Positions 26,655-39,618 are shown, numbered from the stretch's first letter. The stretch is DNA of 64,000 bases from Octopus sinensis (GCF_006345805.1 NC_043014.1:10726001-10790000); one strand, 5' to 3'. The notes: generated from the letters alone by a model not told the origin. A program made the numbers and translations.

Positions 26655-27230
26655 GCGGCGAGCTGGCAGAAACGTTAGTATGCCAAGCGAAATGTTTAGC
26701 AGTATTTCGTCTGTCTTTACATTCTGTGTTCAAATTCCGCTGAGGTTGACTTTGCCTTTCATCCTTTCGGGGTCGATAAATTAAGTACCAGTTACGCACT
26801 GGTGTCGATGTAATCAACTTAATCCGTTTATCTGTCCTTGTTTGTCCCCTCAGTGTGTAGCTCCTTGTGGGCAGTAAAGAAATATGTATTTCGTCTGTCT
26901 TTACGTTCTGTGTTCAAATTCCGCTGAGGTCAACTTTGCCTTTCATCCTTTCGGGATCGATAAATTATGTACCAGTTACGCACTGGGGTATATATAATCG
27001 ACTTAATCCGTTTGTCTGTCCTTGTTTGTCTTCTCTGTGTTTAGCCCCTTGTGGGTAATAAAGAAATAGATATTTCGTCTGCCGCTACGTTCTGAGTTCA
27101 AATTCCGCCGAGGTCGACTTTACCTTTCATCCTTTCGAGATCGATAAATTAAGTACAATCGACTTAATCCCTTTGTCTGTCCTTGTTTGTCCCCTCTGTG
27201 TGTAGCCCCTTGTGGGCAATAAAGAAAGAA
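26655..27230 (+). mobile_element. SINE family A head-to-tail trimer
   Basis: One full unit plus two units that start at (g)gtatttcgtc. Confidence 0.85.
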
Positions 27231-27692
27231 GAAAACAAAGTAAATGTTTATTTCTAAAGAGAAATGTTATTTATTTTATATCTACTAACCGTCCCACTTC
27301 TGAATTAATCCTTTACTCAGAAAGATATTTTTATAATTAAAAATAGCTCATGTTGTTGAACTGAATTGTAAACAGCAGCGTATTATATGACGTGTTAAAA
27401 TACATGTGTTTGGTCAGAATTAAGTCAAGAGGAATTACAATGGCTATTTTCGGTATTTTTTTGCTTTCTATCCTCAAAATAGCCACCACATCTTATAAAT
27501 GCATGAAATCAATACTAGCTTCGGCATATTTTATTGATAATCTGTGTTCAAGTTTCAGGCGGTTTTATAAGTTATATGAGATTTGTAAAGTAGTGTAAAG
27601 ATAAAAGAGTCACATTACCATCGATTTTCCACCAGGCAGTCTAAATTTCATCTTTATATCTTTTACTTGTTTCGCTCATTGAACTGCGGCCA

Positions 27693-28152
27693 GTCCTGTT
27701 GCAAGATATAAGGTCCTCTAGCAGACACCCTCTTCATCCTGGACATCACTACCTGCTACACGCACTTGCTGTAAGTCTCTGTGTTGAATCTGAAGCCGTG
27801 TGGGAAGATGAATGTAGGCATAATGTCGCCATCACTAGTGATCACTCCAAACACCATGATGTTGACTGGATCTTTGTTCTTTGTCACGTCCTCAGATTAT
27901 CATGTCCTCACATTGCACTGTCCTCAGACTGACACCCAAATACTCTAAAATGTTCGTATTGGCTCCGGAGCGAATGCCAAGCACTACAGCATGTCGTTTC
28001 CAAATTTCTGTCAGAGTGAATTGCATCATGGTGTTGTTTTTCTCACAGACGATGCCCAACTGACCCTACTATAATGTGTAGTCAACAAAATCAAAAACAA
28101 ACAATGAGCAAGCGCGAAATCAAAAATATAAAATGGCGATAATTTACTCATC
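27693..28152 (-). mobile_element. Truncated maT (DD37D)-family Tc1/mariner element
   Basis: Reverse-complement similarity to 46045-46450, including the TIR-like ggcgataatttactcatcgca. Confidence 0.75.
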
Positions 28153-29064
28153 GCAATCTGTGTGTGTGTGTCTGTGTCTGTGTTATTAATAATAATTATT
28201 AATTAATAATTAATAATTAATAATAATATTATTATTATTAATAATAATAATAATATTATATTATATATATATGTGTGTGTGTGTATAACGTAATAGTACA
28301 CCTTTGATACAAATCTAAGGAAGTGCCCCTTCAGTGTCTAAAACCGGAAATATTACGTGATTTTTCTTTTAGAATTTTAACGCAAACTGACGTTGCAAAT
28401 GGAGATGGTACTGAAGCATGTATAACTTATAATTAAAGATGTGTTAAAGAATGTTCTTTGTCTTCTTCTTTTCACTGGATTGTGTGTGTGTGCGTGCGTG
28501 CGCGCGCGACGAGATTCCGTCTACTAATTTCACTCATAAAGTATTGGTCGGCCTCGAGCTATAGTAGAAGAAATTTTCCCAAGGTGCCACCCTGTGGAAC
28601 TGAACTCGTAACCACTTAACTGAAAAAGGGAAAATAAACTAAAATTTCGAGAAGAACGTTGTGTTATTCAATAAGCTTTCTTTTCGTTGGGTTTTAAAAG
28701 AATTTTTATTGCAGTTGACATAAGAAACATTATTGTTTCCCCCAGGGCTCCGATTTACTGCAATAAATACAAACACTAAAGCCAATAAACTATATTTTTC
28801 TGAGAGCTAATTTACTTAACGATCATATTTGATACCATACGTCTAAAATGATCGAAATCTTTAATTGGTCGGATTGACATAATTAATATTTCGAATGTCC
28901 ACCGGGGAAATTAATTGTTTTTTTCTTTCAGAAGCTATTTTCATATGGTTATTAAACAATTTCAGGAATTAACAGCAAATGATCAACAAAAGACAATAAA
29001 TCCTAGTGTCTGCTGTTCGTCAGACTACTACACAATTAGAAGTACAATATTTTATCATTTATTA

Positions 29065-29818
29065 AGGCGGCGAGCTGGTTAAGGCGGCAAACTGGCAGAA
29101 ACGTTAGCACACCGGGCGAAATGCGTAGCCGTATTTCGTCTGCCGTTACGTTCTGAGTTCAAATTCCGCCGAGATCGACTTTGCCTTTCATCCTTTCGGG
29201 GTCGGTTAAATAAATACCAGTTACGCACTGGGGTCGATATAATCGACTTAATCCGTTTGTCTCTCCTTGTTTGTCCCCTCTGCTTTTAGGCCCTTGTGGG
29301 TAGTAAGAAATAAATGCTTTATTTTTTATTTTTTGTTTGTTTCTGTCATTAGATTGCGGCCATGCTGGGGCAACGCCTGGAATTTTTTAGTCGAATGAAT
29401 CGACCCCGATACTTCTTTTTTTAAGCCTTGTACTTTTTCTAATGGCCTCTTTTACCGAACCGCTGTCTTTACATTCTGAGTTCAAATTCCGCCAAGGTTC
29501 ACTATGCCTTTGATCCTTTCGGGGTCGATAAATTAAGTACCGGTGAAACACTGAGGTCGATGTAATCAACTATTCCCCTCCCCACCCAAATTTCAGGCCT
29601 TGTGCCTTTAGTAGAAAGTATTATTTAAGGCGGCGTTTAGACGAAATGCTTAGCGGTATTTCACCCGTCTCTACGTTCTGAGTTCAAATTCCACCGGAGT
29701 CGACTTTGCCTTTCATCCTTTCGGGGTCGATAAATTAAGTACCAGTTGCGTACTGGTGTCGATATAATCAACTAGTCTTCCTCCATCAGTTTTCAGGCTT
29801 TGTGCCTATACTACACAG

Positions 29819-29878
<60 letters not shown>

Positions 29879-29970
29879 TGAGCATGCCGGGCGAAATGCT
29901 CAGCGGCATTTTGTCCGTCTTTACATTCTGAGTTCAAATTCCGCCGAGGTTGATCAAATAAGTACCAACT
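29065..29970 (+). mobile_element. Cluster of SINE family A copies and fragments
   Basis: Repeated ttctgagttcaaattccgccgagg bodies. Confidence 0.8.
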
Positions 29971-30199
29971 CATTCTTGCCGAATGTCTTCCCGACACCTT
30001 AGACAAAGAGACTCACTGTTTTCATTGGTTAGCCATTAATATAAGCATACCCGGTTGTTCATTTACAAAATTAAGTTGTGTGGTAGAAAAGGGGGGAAAG
30101 AAGGAAAAAGGAAAAAAGAAAAAATAGAAAACAGAAAAAGGGAAAAATAAAAGAAAATAAAGAAAAGAGAAACTATTGTTGTTGTTGTTGTTGTTGTTT

Positions 30200-31250
30200 T
30201 GTGCAAAGTATAACGGGAATTCAGCTTGTTAGTTTTGATTCAGTTGACCCAGTATATATTTTAGGTTTATCTCTGTTGTTTGTTTCCATATTGAGCTTGT
30301 ATATTATGGGTTTTTTTAGTTAGTGAGAACTTATCTCGCGCAAGAGCCATTTAAATTTCAACAAACTCGCTGTGCATTTATTTGTCATCAGCGCTGACAA
30401 ATAAATGTTTGTGCTTATAGAATCAATTTTTCAATGTTAATTCAGTTGCTCCAATATATATATTTTTTGTCCATTTCTGCTGTTTGTTTCGACTTTATCG
30501 TTATTGACTTTGATAGACAGTTACCATCGAGTGGGCAGTTCTCACTAATTCTAAAGTTGCATGCTTTTAGGTGGTCAACTGTTCACCTCTCCTTGTTATT
30601 CAGCATTGCAGTATTATAACCTCTTATATAACCGAGTTTTTCTTTTTCAAACTGAATAGTTATCTTAACACAGCTCATATTTAATATCTTACTATATATA
30701 CTTTTACCTTGGTGGGAAATATTGATCTATTAATCTTAGAAATTCCCTGGATATTTTTGTTGTTGCTGCTAGGTTAAATACTTCTTTCCAAGTAATTTTT
30801 ACGTATTTAATCTTATCGGAGAACCCAGAGTTTCTTGGCTCCTCATTATAATACCTAGTTGCTTCCAGAAAAACATTTACATCGGAAAATATCGAGGCTA
30901 CTCTTTTACTAACGTAGTCAACTACTTTCCTTAAGACATAACGTGGGTGATTCGAGTATCTATGTATATACACTAATTTCTCGTTTGGTTTGTAGTATAG
31001 TCTGAAACTATCATTTTCCAGTCTCCATGTTGTAATCTAGCAAATTAATGGCTACAAGAATAGCATCTACGATAATACTGGGTCCTGTTTCCTGAATTAC
31101 TTTAATCAAAATTTAATCAAACCAGTGGCATCGATAAGTTTAAAGTCCGAATTGGATTGTACTAAGATTAACAATGAGACATTAATGAAGCACAAATTAT
31201 TTTCTTCTATGTGGCAGATAATGGGTAGACAAGAGAGAACAGAAGGCTAC
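30200..31250 (-). mobile_element. Penelope-like element fragments (RT end plus GIY-YIG)
   Basis: YIHRYSNHP..., FLRLIDQYFP, ENCPLDGNCL, KYIGATE and KIYTGSTE motifs. Confidence 0.75.
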
Positions 31251-31449
31251 AGGATGAATAATAGAAGAGATGAAGGAATAATAATAGTTAAACTTTAGCC
31301 AACACGACTGGAACATTCATCAAAGATTTAATCCTATCGTTACCGGAGAAATAATTTTCACATTTGTAAAGTTCTGAAGTTTTGCCTCGTTAAAATCAAA
31401 ACATTTTGTGTATAAATCGAGCCAACATGTAATGGGGAACAGGGTTATC

Positions 31450-31898
31450 GGGTCTTTTCGGTTTGAACGGCAGTTTTTTCTAGCGGTGTCATATGAAATT
31501 GTCACCCATAATTTTGACCCTAGTATCGATCTATTGCATTTCAATCTGTTTTAGGGTTAGGGTTAGTTAGGGTTAGTTATGGTTAGGGTTAGGGTTAGGG
31601 GTGGGGGAAGGGTATCTTTTGTTTTTCACAAATGTAAATAAACCCAATCTGTTTCTTAAACGAGGGACATATTCATAAGGCACAGAATGTTTTCACCTCA
31701 ATAGACGTCATTGATTGGTTGAAATAGCAGAAATTGAAGAAAAAAAACAACAAATATCTTACAAACTATAGAATTTTCTCAATAAAGCCAAGAGAAAAAG
31801 ATGTTTTATAAACACATTCTACCAATATACGAAGTTTAAAAGTGTTTAGTTACGTGGCAATTATTTTAAAAAAACTGCCGTTCAAACCGAAAAGATCC
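31450..31898. mobile_element. MITE with internal (TTAGGG)n, copy 2 (inverted relative to 7798)
   Basis: Same TIRs as copy 1; 8-bp near-TSD gggttatc/gagttatc. Confidence 0.85.
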
Positions 31899-32556
31899 GA
31901 GTTATCTAATTGTGTAATGAGTCGTGGTATCTTCCAAGTATATTCATGGATATTTCATACATTTAATTTCTGTGATTCAGACTGACAGTCATTTTGCATC
32001 TGTAACGATCCGGCTATGCCTTTTCCCCTCCTCAACCACTTTTATTTTGGCGAGAGAGTTATTTCCCCTTTTTATTATTCTTGTTTTTACGTTTTTGCGG
32101 AATGGAGTTCATGTAAAGCCTGAAATATTTGTTAGGTTTCGTAGAGTGGCAGACAAAATTAGCTTAAAACATTTAGATACGACACCATGATAAGTTGAAG
32201 GTCAACTTTTTCATGAAACAGCTTGATTTTACACGAGTGTGATCGATAGTACAGAAATGACGCAGACAAGACATTGATGTCCATCTAACGAAAGGAAATT
32301 ACAAACAGATAAGAATAATTTTTTTAATTATGAGCGTTAGAAGCTATAAAACTGACAAGGCTTTCGTTAGCTAGCAATATTGAATTCAACATTTCTTGTG
32401 AGACATATTCTATAGCTTAGTCTATTTTTAGTTTAACTCCACTGCAATCCACATATTTATACACTACTGCATGTCAGCTGCTGTAGTTTCTGAATGTTTA
32501 ATAAGAATGTGTATAATCTTTTCATTTGTCTTTCTTTTTTTCTTTTTTAATTTTAG

Positions 32557-32673
32557 GAAATGAAACAAGATATCAAAGCAATTATAACACGACCAATACT
32601 TCACGCGAGAAGCACGCACAAACATGAGATCGTAGATTGGAGATTACTAAGAAATAACGTGACAATCATGTGA
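32557..32673 (+). CDS. Candidate terminal exon C (EMKQDIKAIITRPILHARSTHKHEIVDWRLLRNNVTIM*)
   Basis: Long polypyrimidine tract ending ttttAG; 38 codons then TGA; continues the helical pattern QEAIQKLLQ|EMKQDIKAII from exon B. Confidence 0.55.
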   Translation, partial: EMKQDIKAIITRPILHARSTHKHEIVDWRLLRNNVTIM

Positions 32674-32878
32674 TCATCATCAGCCGATCATCTGTTGCCG
32701 TTACAATGACAGAAGTAATGGCTTTTCTTTAGACAAGAATATACTGAGAGATCTCGATTAATCAAACAACACATGGGTTGAAATGGTGTCTGGTTTTCAC
32801 TGTGCGTAAGATAATTTTCATTGTAGTCAGGCAAAGAGGAAAACATGTACACTACATACACTAACGCATACATATATA

Positions 32879-32912
<34 letters not shown>

Positions 32913-32976
32913 TATGTATATATATATATATATATATATAGATATATATATATATATATTATATATATATATATTA

Positions 32977-33011
<35 letters not shown>

Positions 33012-33205
33012 GCATATATATATATATATATAATGCATATATATATATATATATATAATTATGTGAAATAGAAAGATGAATAATCTGTAGTAGATTAATC
33101 AAAGTTTAACCGATACTTAGTAGCAAAAATCACAGCAGTGAACAGCACGGTTGGAGGTACAACCATCTGGCGTTTGCAACCGTGGCGTTGGTGCGATAAT
33201 GAAAT

Positions 33206-33630
33206 TAAAACATTATTGGTGAATGAAGAAATGGAGCTGAACGCAGATTGAACAGAAATCGTTTTATTTCATTCTACACGTGTTTCGAAAGGCACAATTA
33301 CCAAAATCCGATTGAATAATGGGACCATATTGTGTCTTCTCTTCAGGAAGAAAAAAGGAAATCCGTTGGAAAAACAAAAACAGAACAGAGGCAGAGCAGT
33401 TTCGCCATGGGCTCTTAGGAGCACAGTTCGATTTGTTTTTTGCTCTGCATCGTTCTGTTTTTGTTTTTCCAACGGATTCCTTTTTCTTCCTGAAGAGAAA
33501 GACACAATATGGTCCCATTATCAATCGGATTTGGTAATTTGTGCCTTTCGAAACACGTGTAGAATGAAATAAAACGATTTTGTTCAATATGCGTTCAGCT
33601 CCATTTCTTCAATTCACCAATAATGTTTTA
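33206..33630. repeat. Fold-back inverted repeat with arms of about 185 bp
   Basis: Self-complementary ORFs in the track; the arms match by eye with few mismatches. Confidence 0.95.
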
Positions 33631-33681
33631 TATATATATATATATATATTATGCATATATATATATATATATATATAATGC

Positions 33682-33712
<31 letters not shown>

Positions 33713-33730
33713 ATATATTATGCATATATA

Positions 33731-33762
<32 letters not shown>

Positions 33763-34122
33763 TATGCATATATATATATTATGCATATATATATATATAT
33801 ATATTATGCATATATATTATATATATATATTATGCATATATATATATATATATAATATTATGCATATATATATATATATATATATATTATAATGCATATA
33901 TATATATATATTATATATATATATTAGCATATATATATATATATATATATATTATGCATATATATATATATGCAATATATATATTATATATTATATATAT
34001 ATGCATATAATATATATATATATATATATATATTATGCAATATATATATATAATATATATTATGCATATAGATATATATATATTATATATATATATGCAT
34101 ATATATATATATTATATTATGC

Positions 34123-34153
<31 letters not shown>

Positions 34154-34280
34154 GCATATATATAATATATATATATATATTATATATATATAATATTAAT
34201 ATATATAATATATATATATACATTATAATATATATATATATATATCTATATATATATATATATATATATACATATATATG
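33630..34280. repeat. (TA)n array punctuated by TTATGCA
   Basis: Direct reading. Confidence 0.9.
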
Positions 34281-34577
34281 GAGGCGCAATGGCCCAGTAG
34301 TTAGGGCAGCGGACTCGCGGTTGTAGAATCACGGTTTCGCTTCCCAGACTGGGCGTTATGAGTGTTTATTGAACAAAAACACCTAAAGCTCTACGAGGCT
34401 CCGGCAGAGGGGGGCGATCCCTGCTGTACTCTTTCGCCACAACTTTCTCTTACTCTTTCTTCTGTGGGCCAGTTCGCTTAGCCAGCGGGGTGGCGTCGTT
34501 TGAAGGCTAAAACAATGCGAAGTGCATTGTGACCAGCGATGTGTAGCAACATCTGATAGCTTGGTCGGTCACGGTGA
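34279..34577 (+). mobile_element. SINE family C
   Basis: tRNA-like head plus the same tail as 17058. Confidence 0.8.
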
Positions 34578-34602
34578 TTGATATAATATATATATATATT
34601 AT

Positions 34603-34707
34603 TATTTTATAGAAGGAGCTTCTACAGGACTAGAACTGTTTCATTCAAAAGATGATTTCTTTTGAATGAAACAGTTCTAGTCCTGTAGAAGCTCCTTCTA
34701 TAAAATA
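34603..34707. repeat. Perfect palindrome with 50-bp arms and a 5-nt loop
   Basis: tattttatagaagg...caaaaga TGATT tcttttg...ccttctataaaata. Confidence 0.95.
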
Positions 34708-34771
34708 AATTAATTTACTCTGCTATGTATTGAGTACCTTATTGACTGGTTAACCCCGACTCAACCCGGGA

Positions 34772-34814
<43 letters not shown>

Positions 34815-35754
34815 CCGTGTGTTATATATACAATGTGTGTTGCTACATACTCAAAGGAACAAGCTTATCATAAGAGAATTTACATTTGTATGCATTGGAC
34901 TATAAATGCAAACATGAATACACTTACAGCGTTTATGTTGCACACATACTTGCAATATATAACATTGTTAGGGGTAAAAGATACACGGAAACAACTAAAC
35001 AAACGAATAAAATTTTGTGTGTGTGTATGTGTGTGCATGAATATGAATGTGTGTATCAATATAAGTGTGAGTATGTATATATATCTATGTATGCATGTAT
35101 GTGTGTATATATATATAATGTGTGTGTGTGTGTGTGTGTGCGTGTGTGTGTGTGCGTGTGTGTGTGTATATATATGTACATACAAGACTTTGTAGATCTT
35201 TAGCTGGGCTAAAAAGTCACATTCGATCACAGCACCAGTAACAGTTAAGCTTCGTGTAATGGCCATACTCGATAACGAGGGGGCAGCCATCATATGTATA
35301 TATGCATATACATATGGTGGCACTCCGTCGGTTACGACGATGAGGGTTCCAGTTGATCCGATCAACGGAACAGCCTGCTCGTGAAATTAACGTGCAAGTG
35401 GCTGAGCACTCCATAGACACATGTACCCTTAACGTAGTTCACGGGGAGATTCAGCGTGACGTAGAGTGTGACAAGGCTGGCCCTTTGAAATACAGGTACA
35501 ACAGAAACAGAAAGAAAGAGTAAGAGAAAGTTGTGGTAAAAGAGTACAGTAGGATTCACCACCACCCCCTGCAGGAGCCTCGTGGTGCTTTAGGTGTTTT
35601 CGCTCCATAAACACTCACAAAGCCTGGCCTGGGAATCGATACAACGATCCTACAACTGCGAGTCCGCTGCCCTAACCACTGGACATATATATATACATAT
35701 ATATGTTTATAAATTTATATATGCATATATGTATGTATGTATATACATACATAT

Positions 35755-35785
<31 letters not shown>

Positions 35786-36259
35786 GGATATATGTAATTA
35801 TTCTTTTAATCTTTTATACGTTTCATCTAAAGGGCTATGCCCATGCTGGGGCATATAAGTGTGTGCGTGTACATGGCTACATATGTGTTTGTGTGTGTGT
35901 GTATTAGAGATAGATAGACAGATAGAGAGAGAGAGAAAGGGGGAGAGAAAGGGGGAGTGAAAGAGGGAGAGAATCTCAGTTTGAGCATGCATATGTGTGT
36001 GTATGAGTGTGCAGTGGGTATATATGCGCACGCGTGTGCGTTAGAATGAGCGTGTGTGTGTGCGTGTACAAATATATACATACACAGCTGTAAGGCTAAG
36101 TTTCAGATAGACAGGTAGAATGAAAGATAGAATACAGGTGGGCAAATAGTAAAAGGAAGACCTGACGGGGAAGGTTGGCATTTAGCTGAACAGAGGCAAG
36201 CGGGAAACTCGATAGATGGAACTCAGATAAGAATGCATGTTACGAAATGTATACATACC

Positions 36260-36297
<38 letters not shown>

Positions 36298-36769
36298 CTA
36301 TCTATGTATACAATGTGTGTATGTATGTATGTATGTATAATATCTATGTATACTATGTATGTGTGTGTATGTATGTATGTACGTATACTATCTATGTATA
36401 CTATGTATGTATGTATGTATGTATACTATCTATGTATACTATGTATGTGTATGTATGTATGTACGTATGTATGTATGTATGTATGTATACTATGTATGTG
36501 TATGTATGTATGTACGTATGTATGTATGTATGTATGTATAATATGTATGTGTGTATGTTTGTATGTATATATGTATACTATCTATGTATACTATGTATGT
36601 ATGTCTGTATGTATGTATGTATGTATGTATGTGTGTATGTATGGCATGTGTGGTAGGTACGTATACGAAGGCGCAAAGAATGTGAAACAGAAAGCTAACA
36701 TTCATACACGTGCCAACATATGTGGATACAAGTGTATATTGTGTGTGTGTGTGTGTGTGCATGTGTGTG

Positions 36770-37650
36770 TGTGAGTGGATGCCACTGTGTGTGTGTGTAT
36801 GCCACTGTGTATGTGTGGATGCCACTGTGTGTGTGTGTGGAAGCCACTGTGTGTCTGTGGATGCCACTGTGTGTGTATGTGGATGCCACTATGTGTGTGT
36901 GTGGATGCCAGTATGTGTGTGTGGATGCCACTGTGTGTGTGTGTGTGGATGCCACTGTGTGTATGTGTGGATGCCACTGTGTGTGTGTGGGTGCCACTGT
37001 GTGTGTGTGGATGCCACTGTGTGTGTGTGTGGATTCCACTGCGTGTGTGTGGATGCCACTGTGTGTGTGGATTCCACTGTGTGTGTATGGATGCCACTGT
37101 GTGTGTGTGTGGATGCCACTGTGTGTGTGTGGATGCCACTGTCTGTGTGTGTGGATGCCACTGTGTGTGTGTAGATGCCACTGTGTGTGTGTGGATTCCA
37201 CTGTGTGTGTGTGTGTGTGGGTGTCACTGTGTGTGGGTGTCACTGTGTGTGGGTGTCACTGTGTGTGTGTGTGAATGCCACTATGTGTGTGTGAATACCA
37301 CAGTGTGTGTGTGTGTGTGAATGCCACAGTGTGTGAGTGTGTGTGTGAATGCCACTATGTGTGTGTGAATGCCACAGTGTGTGTGTGAATGCCACTGTGT
37401 GTGTGTGAATGCCAGTGTGTGTGTGTCTGCCATTGTGTGTGTAGATGCTACTGTGTGTGTTGATGCCACTGTGTGTGAGGGGTGCCATTGTGTGTGTGTG
37501 TGGATACCACTGTGGGTGGGTGGGTGCCACTGTGTGTGTGTGTGTATGTGTGTGGATGCCACTGTGTGTGTGTGGATGCCACTGTGTGTTGTGTGTGTGT
37601 GGATGCCACTGTGTGTGTGTGTGTGTGTGTGGATTCCACTGTGTGTGTGT
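36770..37650. repeat. Minisatellite with core GGATGCCACT and (TG)n spacers, about 40 units
   Basis: Direct reading. Confidence 0.95.
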
Positions 37651-38868
37651 GAATGTTTAACTACATACCGCTGTTACATAAAATCGGTATAACGAGCTAT
37701 AAGTATCCCACACAATCTAGCAGCAAAGCGAGTCAGATATTTAAACACTAGGGTTTCATGTTTAAAAGACATCTCTCCATAGTCGATAGCTCTCGTAGAA
37801 ATTAAGCTTGGGAAAAAGATAAGACCAGAAGTGTTGTGCAATTCATGCCTTTCCAAAGCGTATTATCTGACGGGTTCTGCGTACCACCACTACGGCAGTT
37901 GCTCTAATAAACTGATTGCGCTTGACTGCGTACAGACAGAATGTATCTGACTGTTTCAGGAAGGAATCGCAAGACAGATTCGTCCAGAGAACCCGATCAG
38001 GCATGAGGGCGAGGACTCGATCGTGATTGAGTTGGTTGAATAATACTCATCGATTCGGTTGGTCACGCATGGAAATCCAGCCGAAAAATATAATGACGGT
38101 TGCTTCTAATAGAAAAGTGCCTGGCGACTCTAATCCCTTCGACCCTCCCAGGAATAGTAGGCGGAGAAGATGGATGGATGGATCGATGGATGGATGGATC
38201 GATGGATCGATGGATCGATGGATCGATGGACCGATGGATGGATCGATGGATGGATGGATGGACAAACAGATGACAAGACGGAATTCATTTAAATGTATTA
38301 GCAAAATTAAAGAGAGCAATGTTCTAGGAGTTGGCACTGAACTTCTCAACATATCTCAGATCCGTAAGGGACTGCATACGAGCCCAGAATTACTAACGAC
38401 CATTTCTAAATATTCTGTTTTTACCAAAGAGCAGTGCTACTGAAAGTGGTGGTCCGCTGACCGGTACCGTCAGCTGCTGGGACGCGGCGAGTTTCCAGAA
38501 GAGAAAGTAACAATATAAAATGCTTATAAAATGCTTATGTAATATTGTATAATTTGTTTACGAAATGAATAAAAGATAAAAGAATTCTCAACTTTTATTA
38601 TTCTCTTATTCTGTTATTCTTTTATTTGTTTCAGTCGTTAGACTGCGGCCATACTGGAGCACCGCCTTTAGCCGAACTAATCGACCCCCCAGGAATTATT
38701 CTTTTGTAAGTCTAGTACTTATCCTATCTGTCTCTTTTGCAGAACCACTAAGCTATGAGGACGTAAACACACCAACAACGGTTGTGTTGTTAAGCGATGG
38801 GGGGGGGACAAACACAGACACACAAACACGCACACAGACAAACACACACACACACAAACACACACACG

Positions 38869-38912
<44 letters not shown>

Positions 38913-39104
38913 CATATATACAACGGGCTTCTTTTCAGTTTCCGTCTACCAAATCCACTCACAAGGATTTGGTCGGTCCCAATTTATAGTAGACGACACT
39001 TGCCAAGGTGCCGGCGCAGTGGGACTGAACCCGGAACCATGTGGTCGGTAATCAAGCTACTTACCACACAGCCGCTTCTGCGCCTATATATCCATTATAT
39101 TCAT

Positions 39105-39618
39105 TAATTATATATATTAAAAACTGTAGTTGTGTGAGTGTCTGTCTCCTACGATTTAGATTCCTAACTCCTCCCACATTTTGCGGTGCAGTTTACCAAA
39201 TCGGGTATCTTATAGTCGTGATTAATATCGAGCCCCGTCTGAGTATTAGTGCGCGTCTACGATGAGTCTACGATTTTAAAAATAATTTTACATCATTTTT
39301 ATTCCATTTTAATGCATAATTTTTCGTTGTGTCGATGGCGGCGGAGTTGGCGTCCCACGCTCAAACACCCGCACCTGTGTTTGCTTCTCCCCCTTCTTCT
39401 TCCCTCGTGAAGCTGTGGGGAAGGGAGTTAAGGAAATCAACGTCGTAATGCGTGTCAAGGAGACCAGCGTTCTTTTAGAACAACGACTTCATGGCTTGAA
39501 GACACCAAAACAGAAATGGCTAAGAAGCCCGAATGGCATCTATAAAGGAAGTAACTCTCTAAAAATGCTATATAGTTATTTCCTTACAAACCCGAGCAAC
39601 GCCGGGCGATACTGCTAG
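39105..39618 (+). mobile_element. Non-autonomous Helitron carrying a module of about 200 bp
   Basis: 3' hairpin cccgagcaacgccggg plus CTAG|T; homologous to 43703. Confidence 0.85.

Noticed and set aside
27392-27598. Signal-peptide-like ORF (MAIFGIFLLSILKIATT...)
   Set aside because: Short, T-rich intronic composition explains the hydrophobicity; no supporting structure.
24852-29030. Ly6/three-finger (LU) domain reading: LRCFEC at 24.85 kb, EAC..RCVKEC at 28.4 kb, VCCSSDYY at 29.0 kb
   Set aside because: The pieces cannot be spliced in frame with credible sites, there is an in-frame stop at 28.43 kb, and the terminal CN is missing. The alternative splice to 32557 is cleaner. A decayed LU relic cannot be fully excluded.
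30375-30407. 13-bp perfect hairpin as a miRNA precursor
   Set aside because: Too short for a pre-miRNA and lies within PLE fragments.
31550-31602. True telomere or chromosome-fusion site
   Set aside because: The short tract lies inside a TIR-bounded MITE that has a second copy in the window.
36770-37650. CRISPR-like repeat-spacer appearance
   Set aside because: The spacers are (TG)n, the core is only 10 nt, the context is eukaryotic, and there are no cas genes.
38027-38443. 138-aa ORF in a moderately GC-rich stretch
   Set aside because: It is interrupted by a (GGAT/CGAT)n microsatellite and has no recognisable motif; probably a decayed repeat.
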